Assembly: GCA_044222185.1 (NCBI GenBank)
Contig: JBGANV010000008.1
Span: forward strand, 96,001-160,000
Direction of reading: 5' to 3'
DNA length: 64,000 bases
Source of the DNA: Planctomycetota bacterium
GTDB taxonomy: Bacteria; Planctomycetota; GCA-002687715; CAIWVZ01
A program made the translations under genes and the position numbers. This document shows positions 47,450 through 56,430 of this stretch, one piece after another. Each line of letters opens with the position of its first letter. Positions within the stretch are counted from its first letter, which is position 1. A model generated the notes under the pieces. That model did not search any database. It saw only the letters and a program-made list of their open reading frames with translations, and was not told where the DNA came from.

Positions 47450-49297
47450 ATGCTCGTGTCCCCGCCCTCGAATGAAGCACCGGCGAGTGAAGCGCAGCCC
47501 GCGCCCGATCACGCGATCGTGGGCGGACCGACCCTCGCGCTGTTGATCACGGTCCTGTTCGTCGTCGGCTGGGTGTTGCCCTCGGCGCTCCTGAACCTCG
47601 TCAACCCGGACGAGGGCCGATACACGGAGATCTCCCGGGAAATGGCCGCGACGGGCGACTGGCTCGTTCCGCGACTGCACGGAGTGCCCCACTGGGCGAA
47701 GCCGCCCCTCACCTATTGGGCGTGCGGGCTGAGCCAGCGCATCCTCGGTCCGACCCACCTCGCGACGCGGCTTCCGTCGGTCTTCGCCTCGCTTCTCGTC
47801 ATCGTGACGATGGCCCTGCTCGGGCGACGGATGTCCGGCCCGCGCGTCGGGTGGTGCGCCGCGATCATCCTGGCTTCGATCGGTCACTTCTTCGCCGTCG
47901 GTCATTCGATCACGACCGACATGCTCACCTGCCTCTGCACGACGTCAGCGCTCGCCGCATGGTGGGCCGGCTACCGAGCAGCGCCGGGGAGCGACGCGCC
48001 GTCGCCGCACCGGTTCGCCTGGAACCTCCTCGCGTTCCTCGCCCTCGGCGTCGGCTTTCTTGCAAAAGGCCCGGTCTCGCTCGCCTTGTTCTTCGCGACC
48101 ATCGGGGCGTTCGGTCTCCTGCGAAGGGACTTCCGCCTGGTACCGCTCGGTCACCTCGCGCTCGGGATCGCTCTGGTGCTCGCCATCGGCTTGCCCTGGT
48201 TCTTCGCGGTCGCGAATCGAAACCCCGATCTCTTCGACTTCTTCCTCTTGCGGGAGGTGCGCGACCGCTATCTGACGGAGCGACATGGACGGGGGAAGCC
48301 GTTCTGGTTCTGCACCGCGGTCTTCCTCGCGGGGCTGGCTCCGTGGACGCCGCTTTTCGTGGCGACGTTCTGGGCCCGCGTCCGATCCCTGGGACGCGCC
48401 CTCGTGTCGCGCATGGCACCAGCCGATGTCGCGTGTGAGCAGTTCCTCCTCGCCTGGACGCTTGGCCCGCTCGTCTTCTTCTCCTTCTCGGGCTCGCAGC
48501 TTTGGACGTACGTGCTCCCGGTGTTTCCCCCGGCGGCACTGCTCCTCGCGCGCTGCGTCGCAAGGTTCGCCGGCCGACCGACCGAAGGCGCAGACCGCCA
48601 CGTTCGGGTTGCCGCGCGCATCACGTGCGGCCTCGCGATCGTGATGGCGATCGCGCCGACGATCTTCATGACGGCGTGGATGCACCGGGACTGGGCGCGC
48701 GGTGCGTCCTGCCTGGCGCCCGGTGCGCTGTGCGCCGTCGCGTGGTGGAGGATCGGCCGTCGGTCGAGATCGGCGGCCTCGCGCCTGTGGTTGCACGCTT
48801 CAGCGGTTCTGGCATTCATCGCCTATGCGGCGTTCGCGGCCCAGCTGCCGCTCGTTGAGGATGGCCTCGGCGATCGCGCGTCGTTCGCATGGGTGAGAGA
48901 CCACCTGCCCCCCGACATCTGCGGCGCGAAGATCCCTCTCACGCTGCATCCCGACGACAATCCGATGGAGTTTCCCGCCGGACGCCCCCGCCTCGTGACG
49001 TGGCGGATCACCCGCAATTCACTCAGCTTCTACACGCTGGGGCTGAAGCCCGAGGTCGTACGCTCGTTCGGCCAGGACACCATCTACGAGCTGCGCAAGG
49101 ACAAGGACGCGGACAAGCCTCCCGGCCTCGTGGAACTCCGTCGCGCCATCTCCCTCCCCGGCGATACCTACGCCGTGGTGCCCCGCGCGTACGTCCAGGA
49201 CCTCACGTCCGCCGGCTTGAGCATCGAACCCATCGCGTCACGCGGCGAGGGGAAACACGAGATCGCGCTCGTGCGACTCGGCACACAGCCGCGGTGA
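47450..49297 (+). CDS. ArnT/PMT-family membrane glycosyltransferase
   Basis: PDEGRYTEISREM, KPPLTYW, RLPS, TTDM, LAKGP, LPWF; multiple TM segments. Confidence 0.92.
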   Translation: MLVSPPSNEAPASEAQPAPDHAIVGGPTLALLITVLFVVGWVLPSALLNLVNPDEGRYTEISREMAATGDWLVPRLHGVPHWAKPPLTYWACGLSQRILGPTHLATRLPSVFASLLVIVTMALLGRRMSGPRVGWCAAIILASIGHFFAVGHSITTDMLTCLCTTSALAAWWAGYRAAPGSDAPSPHRFAWNLLAFLALGVGFLAKGPVSLALFFATIGAFGLLRRDFRLVPLGHLALGIALVLAIGLPWFFAVANRNPDLFDFFLLREVRDRYLTERHGRGKPFWFCTAVFLAGLAPWTPLFVATFWARVRSLGRALVSRMAPADVACEQFLLAWTLGPLVFFSFSGSQLWTYVLPVFPPAALLLARCVARFAGRPTEGADRHVRVAARITCGLAIVMAIAPTIFMTAWMHRDWARGASCLAPGALCAVAWWRIGRRSRSAASRLWLHASAVLAFIAYAAFAAQLPLVEDGLGDRASFAWVRDHLPPDICGAKIPLTLHPDDNPMEFPAGRPRLVTWRITRNSLSFYTLGLKPEVVRSFGQDTIYELRKDKDADKPPGLVELRRAISLPGDTYAVVPRAYVQDLTSAGLSIEPIASRGEGKHEIALVRLGTQPR

Positions 49298-49304
49298 GGT
49301 GAGT

Positions 49305-50381
49305 TCAGGCGTCGAAGAACGCCCGGAACCGCGGTGTGAGCCAGTCGAACTCCTTCAAGAACGCGTCGTGTCCGTAGATCGAGGACAGCACCTCGTACTT
49401 CACGTCCCGGCCGGCATCCTTCAGGACTTTGTAGACGAGCTCCTGCTCGTCGGGCGGCACGAGGGCGTCGCGATCGACGGCGATCACGTATCCGCGCGCC
49501 GTGATCTGGCGGATCCCCGCTTCGAGCGACGGGTGCCCGCGTCCCAGGTCAGTCAGATCCATGCACTTCGAAAGCAGCACGTAGCAATTGGCGTCGAAGC
49601 GCTCGGCGAAGCGCTCGCCTTGCGCCGCGAGGAACGACTCCACTTCGAACGTGACGTCGCCTGGCCGAAGGGGCCCGATCGGCGCATGGTCGAAGCGTTG
49701 GTTGAACTCGTCACGCGAGCGATAGAGGATCGTGCCGATCTCGCGCGCGAGCCTCAGGCCGAGCTTCGGACCGCGTCCCGGCTCGTAACGACCGGCGCGG
49801 TACTCGGGATCGTTGAAGATTGCGTGTCGCCCCAGCCGGCGCAGGGCCACGGTGTGCGGCATCGTTCGCGACGTCATGCTGAGCGCGATGAATCGATCCA
49901 CGAAGCGCGGGAACGCCGCGGCGAATTGAAGGACCTGCATCCCACCCAGGCTCGCGCCGGCGATCGCGTGGATCCGCTTGAGGCCGAGTGCGTCGAAGAG
50001 CGCCTTGTGAACCCGGGCCTGATCCAGCGGCGTGATCGGCGGGAAATCAGGCCCGAAAGGGCGCCCCGTTCGTGTATCGATGCTCAGAGGGCTCGTCGAT
50101 CCGTAGGGCGAACCCAGGATGCTCGCGCAGATGATGTGCCACCGATCCGTGTCGAACGCGCGGCCCGGGCCGACCATCTCCTCCCACCACCCCTCGCTCG
50201 AGTCGCTCGGACTGCTGCGAAGGTGGCTGTGCGCGGAGAGGGCTGGGAACACGGCGATGGTGTTTGCGCCGTCTCCCTGACGAGTGCCCCACTCCTCGTA
50301 CCGGATCCGAAGCTCGGGGATCGCCCCACCGAGTTCCAGTCGGAACGGTCCCGGCAGGTTGACGGATGCGGGGTTCGCCAT
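49305..50381 (-). CDS. metX: MetX-family homoserine/serine O-acyltransferase
   Basis: YEEWG, GWWEEMVGPGRAFDT, GASLGGMQ, RFDANCY, YGHDAFL. Substrate is uncertain (see findings). Confidence 0.85.
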   Translation of the reverse strand: MANPASVNLPGPFRLELGGAIPELRIRYEEWGTRQGDGANTIAVFPALSAHSHLRSSPSDSSEGWWEEMVGPGRAFDTDRWHIICASILGSPYGSTSPLSIDTRTGRPFGPDFPPITPLDQARVHKALFDALGLKRIHAIAGASLGGMQVLQFAAAFPRFVDRFIALSMTSRTMPHTVALRRLGRHAIFNDPEYRAGRYEPGRGPKLGLRLAREIGTILYRSRDEFNQRFDHAPIGPLRPGDVTFEVESFLAAQGERFAERFDANCYVLLSKCMDLTDLGRGHPSLEAGIRQITARGYVIAVDRDALVPPDEQELVYKVLKDAGRDVKYEVLSSIYGHDAFLKEFDWLTPRFRAFFDA

Positions 50382-51049
50382 GGTCCGACGTGTTAACGCG
50401 AAGCGCGAGCGGGTCTCAACGCGGGCCGAGGACCAGGTTGACGCTGATTCCAGCGCCTCCGCGGCCGTGCGCCGCGCCTGCACCATGGCGACAGCGCCGC
50501 ATGGGCGATGCGCGTGCGCGTTGGAGTTCGCCGCGTCCCACGCGCCCGCGGCCTCGCCCGCGCGGGCCGTCCTGAGGACGAGTCAGCCGATGGACCGAGT
50601 GCCTCGCCGCCGACACGTGATCCGATCGCCTCGATGACGCTGAGGATTGGATGGGCCGACCGCGGGTTCGCGAAGTCGACCGCGGCCGGCATGATTCCTG
50701 AACGACCACCTTGCAGCACTTCGACGGTCCGAAGTGCCGGAACCGACGGAGGTGGCGATCACAGCGAAGTCATCGACGGCACCCGCGGAGGCGAACGCCC
50801 GACAGCGCGTGATTCGACGCCGTCCACGTGCGCGAATTCTCGTACCGAGGATTGTCAAGAGAAAACACGGTCTGGCCCGAGCCGGGGGGCTGGTTGTCTC
50901 GTCGGCGGTCCTGCGTACTCTTCCTGCCCTGGAGGTCTGGTCTGCGCATGTCTCGCATGATCTCGAGCCTCGTTCGACCTGTGACGACGAGCCTCCTTGT
51001 CAACCTCGAACCAGTTGTCCGCGGTGGGATCCCGCCCGAAACCAATCCC

Positions 51050-51586
51050 ATGACACCTCCAGCTCAAGCGCCCATGGACTCGACTGAAACACTCCACGCC
51101 TCCGCGGTCGACGCGAACTTCCTCACCACCATGGATGAGATCTGTGCAGGGACCGCGGTAGCAGTCCCCGAACTCATCGAGTCGGCCGACGAGGATGAAA
51201 CAGGCCTCGCCTTCGCGCGGATCACATCGCCCCTCGGCGCCCGCGCCCCGAAGAAGAAGGACGAAGAGGAAGACGACGACGCGGACGAGGATGCAGACGA
51301 GGAGTCGGACGACGAAGCGGGCGACGACGACGAAGCGGGCGACGACGAGGAAGAGGGCGTCGACGAAGAGGACGACGACTGGGACGAGGACGAGGAAGAA
51401 GAAGACGAAGACGACGACGAGGATGACGACGAAGACGAAGACCTCGACGACGATGACGATTGGGACGAGGACGACGAAGACGAAGACGAGGATGAGGACG
51501 AGGACGAAGACGACGACGAGGATGATGACGACGACGATGACGATGATGAGGAGGAGGACGACGAGGACGAGGACTGGGACGACTGA
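51050..51586 (+). CDS. Hyper-acidic low-complexity protein (start uncertain)
   Basis: Open frame ending in ~108 codons that are almost all GAY/GAR, with mixed synonymous codons and three DW motifs. Confidence 0.6.
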   Translation: MTPPAQAPMDSTETLHASAVDANFLTTMDEICAGTAVAVPELIESADEDETGLAFARITSPLGARAPKKKDEEEDDDADEDADEESDDEAGDDDEAGDDEEEGVDEEDDDWDEDEEEEDEDDDEDDDEDEDLDDDDDWDEDDEDEDEDEDEDEDDDEDDDDDDDDDEEEDDEDEDWDD

Positions 51587-51789
51587 GGTCGCCACCGTCA
51601 TGCCCGCCTCTCGCACCTGACCGACTTTCAGCGAGCGCCCGCGGCGCGCCGTGATGGAGCGCCGCCGCCTCAGCGCCCGCAGCGGGCAGCTCCAGCCCGT
51701 GCCTGGCTCCCCGCCTTGGTCGTCGTGATGACCCCGACGACCCGCCGGCAGCTCCCGCCGCCCCACCGACTGACGCCGTCGCGCCCCGC

Positions 51790-51835
51790 AAAATGAGCGA
51801 GGGCGCGAACCCGGCAGGGTTCACGCCCTCGTCAT
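51790..51835 (-). terminator. Intrinsic terminator-like hairpin between convergent genes
   Basis: CGAGGGCGCGAACCC-GGCA-GGGTTCACGCCCTCG stem; on the minus strand it is followed by CTCATTTT. Confidence 0.6.
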
Positions 51836-51869
51836 GAGGCCCCTCGAGTGGGGGCCACTCGCACCTGGC

Positions 51870-52760
51870 TCACTTGCCCGAGGTCGCTCGAGGCGCCGGC
51901 GCGGCGACCGGTGTGGCCTTCACCGCGGGAGTCAGCAACTGCTTCTCCTCCGAGAGGAGCTTCGTCTTCTCGGTCTTGGCCGTGGTGAGATCCGTCTCGG
52001 TTTCCTTGATGGCCCTTCGGCCATTCTCGCAGTCGTGCTTCGCGACGTGGTCCTTGTGCTCCTGAAGCTCGGTCTCCAGGTTCTCGACCGATGCCGAGAC
52101 CTTGTCCAGCTTCTTCAGGAACGAGGAGTAGCGACTCACGAGGGTCGCGAGCGCATCACGGAACTGCGTCGCGGCGACCTGCTGCTGGGCGAGGAACACG
52201 GAGCTCGCGGTGATCCCGGAGCCCGCCAGGCGCGTCACCTCGTTGCCCTTCGAATCGAGGAAGATCACCGCGGGCACCGTCTTCGCGTATTGCTCGCGCG
52301 CGGCGTTGTCCCGGATGTCCTCGACGTAGACCTTGGCGTTGTTGAACCACCGCGAAGCGATGATGACGTTGTCGTCGTCGAACATGCGCTTCTCCGCCTT
52401 GGGATCGGGGGTGAGGCTGAGGAACCACACCATCCCAGGGCGAACGGCAGCCTTGCCCATGATCTCGGCGAACTCGCCGTCGAAAATCGCGTGGAGAGGC
52501 GCGGTCGCGCCGCTATACCCCGCGCGCTCGACGGTGATGAGGTGCTTCGTTTCCCACTCGATCGCAAGACGCTCCGCAGCAACGCTGCTCATCGTCTTGC
52601 CGGCGGCACCGCTCGCCGGTCCGCCCCCCGCACTGCGCGACCCACCCGGGGCCGCTTTGCGTGCGCCTCAATGTGCGCACTGCGCGTTCATCGTCGAGGC
52701 GACGACCGCCAGGAGCAGCGGTACGATCGCCAGGCCGATCCTGGCTCGTGACAGTTTCAT
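51870..52760 (-). CDS. Candidate exported selenoprotein (296 aa; C28-A-H-U31, thioredoxin-like domain, coiled coil)
   Basis: GAGGAG RBS and ATG 52760; signal peptide MKLSRARIGLAIVPLLLAVVASTMNA; TGA at 52670-52668 in frame with ORF 52592-51870 (75 nt open linker); SECIS-like hairpin follows the TGA. Confidence 0.8.
52629..52665 (-). promoter_or_regulatory. Bacterial SECIS-like stem-loop
   Basis: After UGA: GG-CGCAC-GC-AAA-GCGGCCC-[CGGGU]-GGGUCGC-GC-A-GUGCG. 7-bp apical stem, G-rich loop beginning 19 nt after the UGA. Confidence 0.7.
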
Positions 52761-52910
52761 GGATCTCCTCCGAGGTTGTCGTCCGCGCGAACCCGAGCAG
52801 TTCTCACGCGCACGTCGTTCGAAAGGCGCACCGAAGCATTGGGTTGAGGCCGTAGCATACAGTTCAGTCGACACTCAGGCCACCGGACTTTTGCCGGTTC
52901 CCATCAGAAG

Positions 52911-53837
52911 TCACCCCGCGTGCGTGAACGCGAGAAGCCCCGCCCCCGCGACACCGGCTCGGTTGCCGAGCTTCGCCCGGACGATCCGGACGCCTTTGTG
53001 CACGAACTCGAGCGAATGCGCACGAAACGCGTCCGCGACAGGCCTCAGCAACAGGGGGCCGAGGACGCTGATCCCGCCGCCAACGACCACGATCTCCGGC
53101 GCGATCACCGAGGCGATGGAAGCGAGTCCGATCCCCAGGTTCCGCCCAACCTGTCCGACGACCCGCAGAGCTCGCTCCTCGCCCGCCCGGGCCCGCTCGA
53201 TGATCAACCGAACCTCGATCTCACTCTCCCCGCCCGCTTCCCGGTAGTACCGCCGCAAGGCGTGGGTTGCGGTGTATTGCTCGAGACATCCCCGCGCGCC
53301 GCAGCCGCAGGGCTCGCCATCGGGCTGAAAGATCGCGTGGCCGATCTCCCCGCCGGTGCCGTAGCGGCCGCGGACCAGGTGCCCCTCGACGACGACGCCG
53401 CCCCCGAGGCCGGTCCCGACCGTCGCCATCAGGACGTTCCGCACGCCCCGTGCGGAACCGATCATCGACTCGCCGAAACAGGCAACCGTTGCGTCGTTCT
53501 CCGCGACGACCGGCAATCCGGATTCCGCCCGCAGGAAGTCCGCGACCGCGAGACCCCGTGTACCCAGGAGGTTCGGTGACGCCGTCACCAGCAGGCCCCG
53601 GCGCCCGGTCACCGTGCCGGGAACCCCCACGCCCACGCCACGTGGCTTGTGCTTGTGTGCCCGCGCCGTGGCCCGAAGCCGCGCGATGGCGTCGCGGAAC
53701 GCACGCTTCACGCCGGCGCGCCCCTCGTGCGCGTTCGACGGGACTTCGTCCGCGTCGAGCACACGCCCCGCGCAGTCGACGATCCCAAACTTCAGCGCCG
53801 TGCCGCCGAGGTCGAGGCCAAATGCCACGTCTGTCAT
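52911..53837 (-). CDS. ROK family sugar kinase (glucokinase-like)
   Basis: GLDLGGT, GVGVPG, ENDA, GTGLGGG, GEIGH, CGCGARGCLE, GGG. Confidence 0.93.
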   Translation of the reverse strand: MTDVAFGLDLGGTALKFGIVDCAGRVLDADEVPSNAHEGRAGVKRAFRDAIARLRATARAHKHKPRGVGVGVPGTVTGRRGLLVTASPNLLGTRGLAVADFLRAESGLPVVAENDATVACFGESMIGSARGVRNVLMATVGTGLGGGVVVEGHLVRGRYGTGGEIGHAIFQPDGEPCGCGARGCLEQYTATHALRRYYREAGGESEIEVRLIIERARAGEERALRVVGQVGRNLGIGLASIASVIAPEIVVVGGGISVLGPLLLRPVADAFRAHSLEFVHKGVRIVRAKLGNRAGVAGAGLLAFTHAG

Positions 53838-53865
53838 GAATGTCCTTCCGCGGAAGATCGACGCA

Positions 53866-56430
53866 TCAGCCGTCCTTCATTCCGGGGCTCGCGCCCAGGA
53901 TGAAATTCCGGACCGGAGACAGCGGACGCAACCCGCCTGCATTCAGATCGAGGAAGGTTTCTGCACTCTTCGGAACGGGCATCGTTCCGACCTTCGCCAG
54001 CTTGGCGCGGATCTCTTCCGCGCGGGCGTGCTCGCCCGTGGCGTCGAGCACCTCGAGAAGCTCGTCGATGGCCGGCTTCCAAAGCACGATCGGCGGCCCC
54101 GAACCCGGGTTCGGGTCGTCCTGCTCGGCACGTTCCTTCTCCTCACGACGGAGGTCCTGGTCCCTGCGGACGGCCTCCAAGAGGCGCGCCTTCGCTTCGT
54201 CCAGTCGTGCGGCCCTGCGCAGGATCTGCGCGGCAAGGACGCGCGGCATGATCTCGTCGTGCCACGTCGCGTCCTCACGTGACCACCAGGCTTTCAAGAG
54301 ACCCAGGGCATCGTCGACCTGGCCCCCTGCCGCACGAATCAACGCGAGTCGCCCGGTGAGACAGCGGGACGCGGGGTGCGACTTCGGTAATTCGCGGGCC
54401 ACACCGTCGAGGAGCGTGCGCGCGCGATCGATGTGCCCGGCCTTCTGCTCGACGACGCCCAGCAGGTAGCGCGCGCCGACGGCACGGGGCTGCGCGGTCA
54501 CGACGAACTCCAGGTCGCTTCGCGCCGCTTCCCACTGGCGGTCGATGAAGGAGAGTTCCGCCTGGATGAATCGCGCCGGCGCTTCCGTCTCGCCAGAGAG
54601 GCAGGCGCGCAAGTGCTCTCGCACTGCGGTGCGGCGCCGCATCTGGTTCTCGGACTGGAATTCGGCCGGGTCGTTCGACACGCACCCCCAGAGCATGACC
54701 GCAGCGACGATGTGATCGCGGGAGTCGCCGGCGACGACGCGGGGCTCCAGGCCGCCCGGCTTCATGAGGATCGCGTCGACCTCCTGCGGCGCGAGCGGCT
54801 GCTCGCGTGTTTCGTCCGTTGGAACCAGCGCCTGTCGCGATTCGTTGTCCGGGAACGCCATCTCGGCATCGGCGTGCGTGACCCCGGCACCGCGTTTCCC
54901 GCGCGTCCACACGTCGCGCAGCACGAGTGCGGCGAAACCGTCGCCGCTTCCGACCTCACCCAACGACGCGCGAGCGTCCCCTGGTCGGCCCGCGAGGTAG
55001 TTGACCCACGCGGCAAGGCGCCGCCGCTCGAGCGTCGCCGCGGGCGCGAGGTCATCGGACCCCAGCTCGAGCGTCAGCGCGCGCGGTGGGAGTCCAATGC
55101 CGTCGGCGAATGCCTCCGGCGGAAACCACGCGAAGGGGCGGAGCTCCGCTTCGATCGCCCGCGCCCGAAGCTCCGGCCGGATCTGGGTCGTGCCGATCCA
55201 CGCGGCGACCGCGAGGATCGCGACGAACAGAGCGGCCGCGACGAGGAGTCCGCGCTTGTGGCGGTGGAGCAGGCGAGACAACGGGCGAGCCCGTTTCAGC
55301 GTGATGCGGTCCGGAGATTCCCCGCGCGCCACGCGCTCCAGGTCACCCGCGAACGCCGCCATGTCGGCGTACCGCCGCAAGGGGTCGATCTCGATCGAGC
55401 GCAGGATCACCGCTTCGAGGTCCGGTGGGACTCGTGACTCCACCTTGCGTGGTGGCGTCGGGCCGAGAGACCGGATGTGGTCGAAGAGCTCGCCGCGCGT
55501 GCGCTGCGAGAACGCCTCCGTCCCCACGCAGAGCTCGTAGAGCGACAACCCCAGCCCGTAGATGTCCGTCCGGTTGGAGACGACGCTGTTTCCGCCCTCG
55601 ATCAGCTCCGGTGCCAGGTAGCGCGGTGTCCCCATCACCTGGTCGTCGGTGACCGTCAGTTCGGGAAGGTTGGGAGCCTGCGCAATCCCGAAATCGATGA
55701 TCATGGGCTCGCCCGTGCGGTCGACGAGCAGATTGGACGGCTTCACGTCCCGATGCAGGATGCCGAACCCGTGTATGGCAGCGAACGTTCGAGCGATCCG
55801 CGCGACGAAGCGGGCGCGCTCCTGCATTCCGTGAAGGCGATGGTCGGACTGCTTCACCGTCTCGCGCAGCTTCGCGACGGTCTCGCCCTCGACCCACTTC
55901 ATGGCGATCCAGAAGCGGCCGCGCTCCTCCCCCGAGTCGAGCACCGGTACGACGTTCACGAGGTCGAGCTTGCGCAGCATGTCCGCTTCGCGCTTGAAGC
56001 GTTCGACGTCCCGCGCGTCGCCGGCGCCGCGCGCGTCCATCACCTTCAGCGCGACGATCTGACCGGAACCCGCGTGACGGGCCCGGTACACCGTGCCGCC
56101 TCCAGCCGTCGAGACATGCTCGAGACCGGTGTAGGGGCCGAGCCGAACCTCGTCGGGAGCACCGGTGGGCGCGACCTCCGTCGCCGTGATGCGCGCCGTA
56201 CGAATCGGTGTCGCGTCCGGTTCCTTCCGGGTCGGAGGCGGCACGGTGTCCCAGGCGAGAATCCGCGCCAGCTCCTCGGCGTACTTCGGATAGCGCGCGA
56301 GGTACTCGTCGAGGCTCGGGTTCAGGCCCTCCTCACGCTTGAGGATGAAGTCCGCCGCCACGTCCTCGACCGGAGGAAGGCGGCCGCCCGTCGTCACTCC
56401 GAACGGGTCGTCGTCAGGAACGGCCGGCAT
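53866..56430 (-). CDS. Hanks-type Ser/Thr protein kinase with TM segment and TPR-like C-terminus
   Basis: VALK, RFKRE, HRDVKPSN, DFG, GTPRYLAPE, DIYGLG; overlaps the upstream ECF gene. Confidence 0.93.
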   Translation of the reverse strand: MPAVPDDDPFGVTTGGRLPPVEDVAADFILKREEGLNPSLDEYLARYPKYAEELARILAWDTVPPPTRKEPDATPIRTARITATEVAPTGAPDEVRLGPYTGLEHVSTAGGGTVYRARHAGSGQIVALKVMDARGAGDARDVERFKREADMLRKLDLVNVVPVLDSGEERGRFWIAMKWVEGETVAKLRETVKQSDHRLHGMQERARFVARIARTFAAIHGFGILHRDVKPSNLLVDRTGEPMIIDFGIAQAPNLPELTVTDDQVMGTPRYLAPELIEGGNSVVSNRTDIYGLGLSLYELCVGTEAFSQRTRGELFDHIRSLGPTPPRKVESRVPPDLEAVILRSIEIDPLRRYADMAAFAGDLERVARGESPDRITLKRARPLSRLLHRHKRGLLVAAALFVAILAVAAWIGTTQIRPELRARAIEAELRPFAWFPPEAFADGIGLPPRALTLELGSDDLAPAATLERRRLAAWVNYLAGRPGDARASLGEVGSGDGFAALVLRDVWTRGKRGAGVTHADAEMAFPDNESRQALVPTDETREQPLAPQEVDAILMKPGGLEPRVVAGDSRDHIVAAVMLWGCVSNDPAEFQSENQMRRRTAVREHLRACLSGETEAPARFIQAELSFIDRQWEAARSDLEFVVTAQPRAVGARYLLGVVEQKAGHIDRARTLLDGVARELPKSHPASRCLTGRLALIRAAGGQVDDALGLLKAWWSREDATWHDEIMPRVLAAQILRRAARLDEAKARLLEAVRRDQDLRREEKERAEQDDPNPGSGPPIVLWKPAIDELLEVLDATGEHARAEEIRAKLAKVGTMPVPKSAETFLDLNAGGLRPLSPVRNFILGASPGMKDG

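Noticed and set aside
50850-50900. TCAAGAG...CTGGCCCGA resembling the start of a SAM-I riboswitch near metX
   Set aside because: It is on the wrong strand for metX and lacks the GAGGGA, GCAACC and GTGC core elements.
50855-51766. 303-aa V/L/F/I-rich minus-strand ORF resembling a membrane protein
   Set aside because: It is the reverse complement of the GAY/GAR acidic tract, so the hydrophobicity is an artefact.
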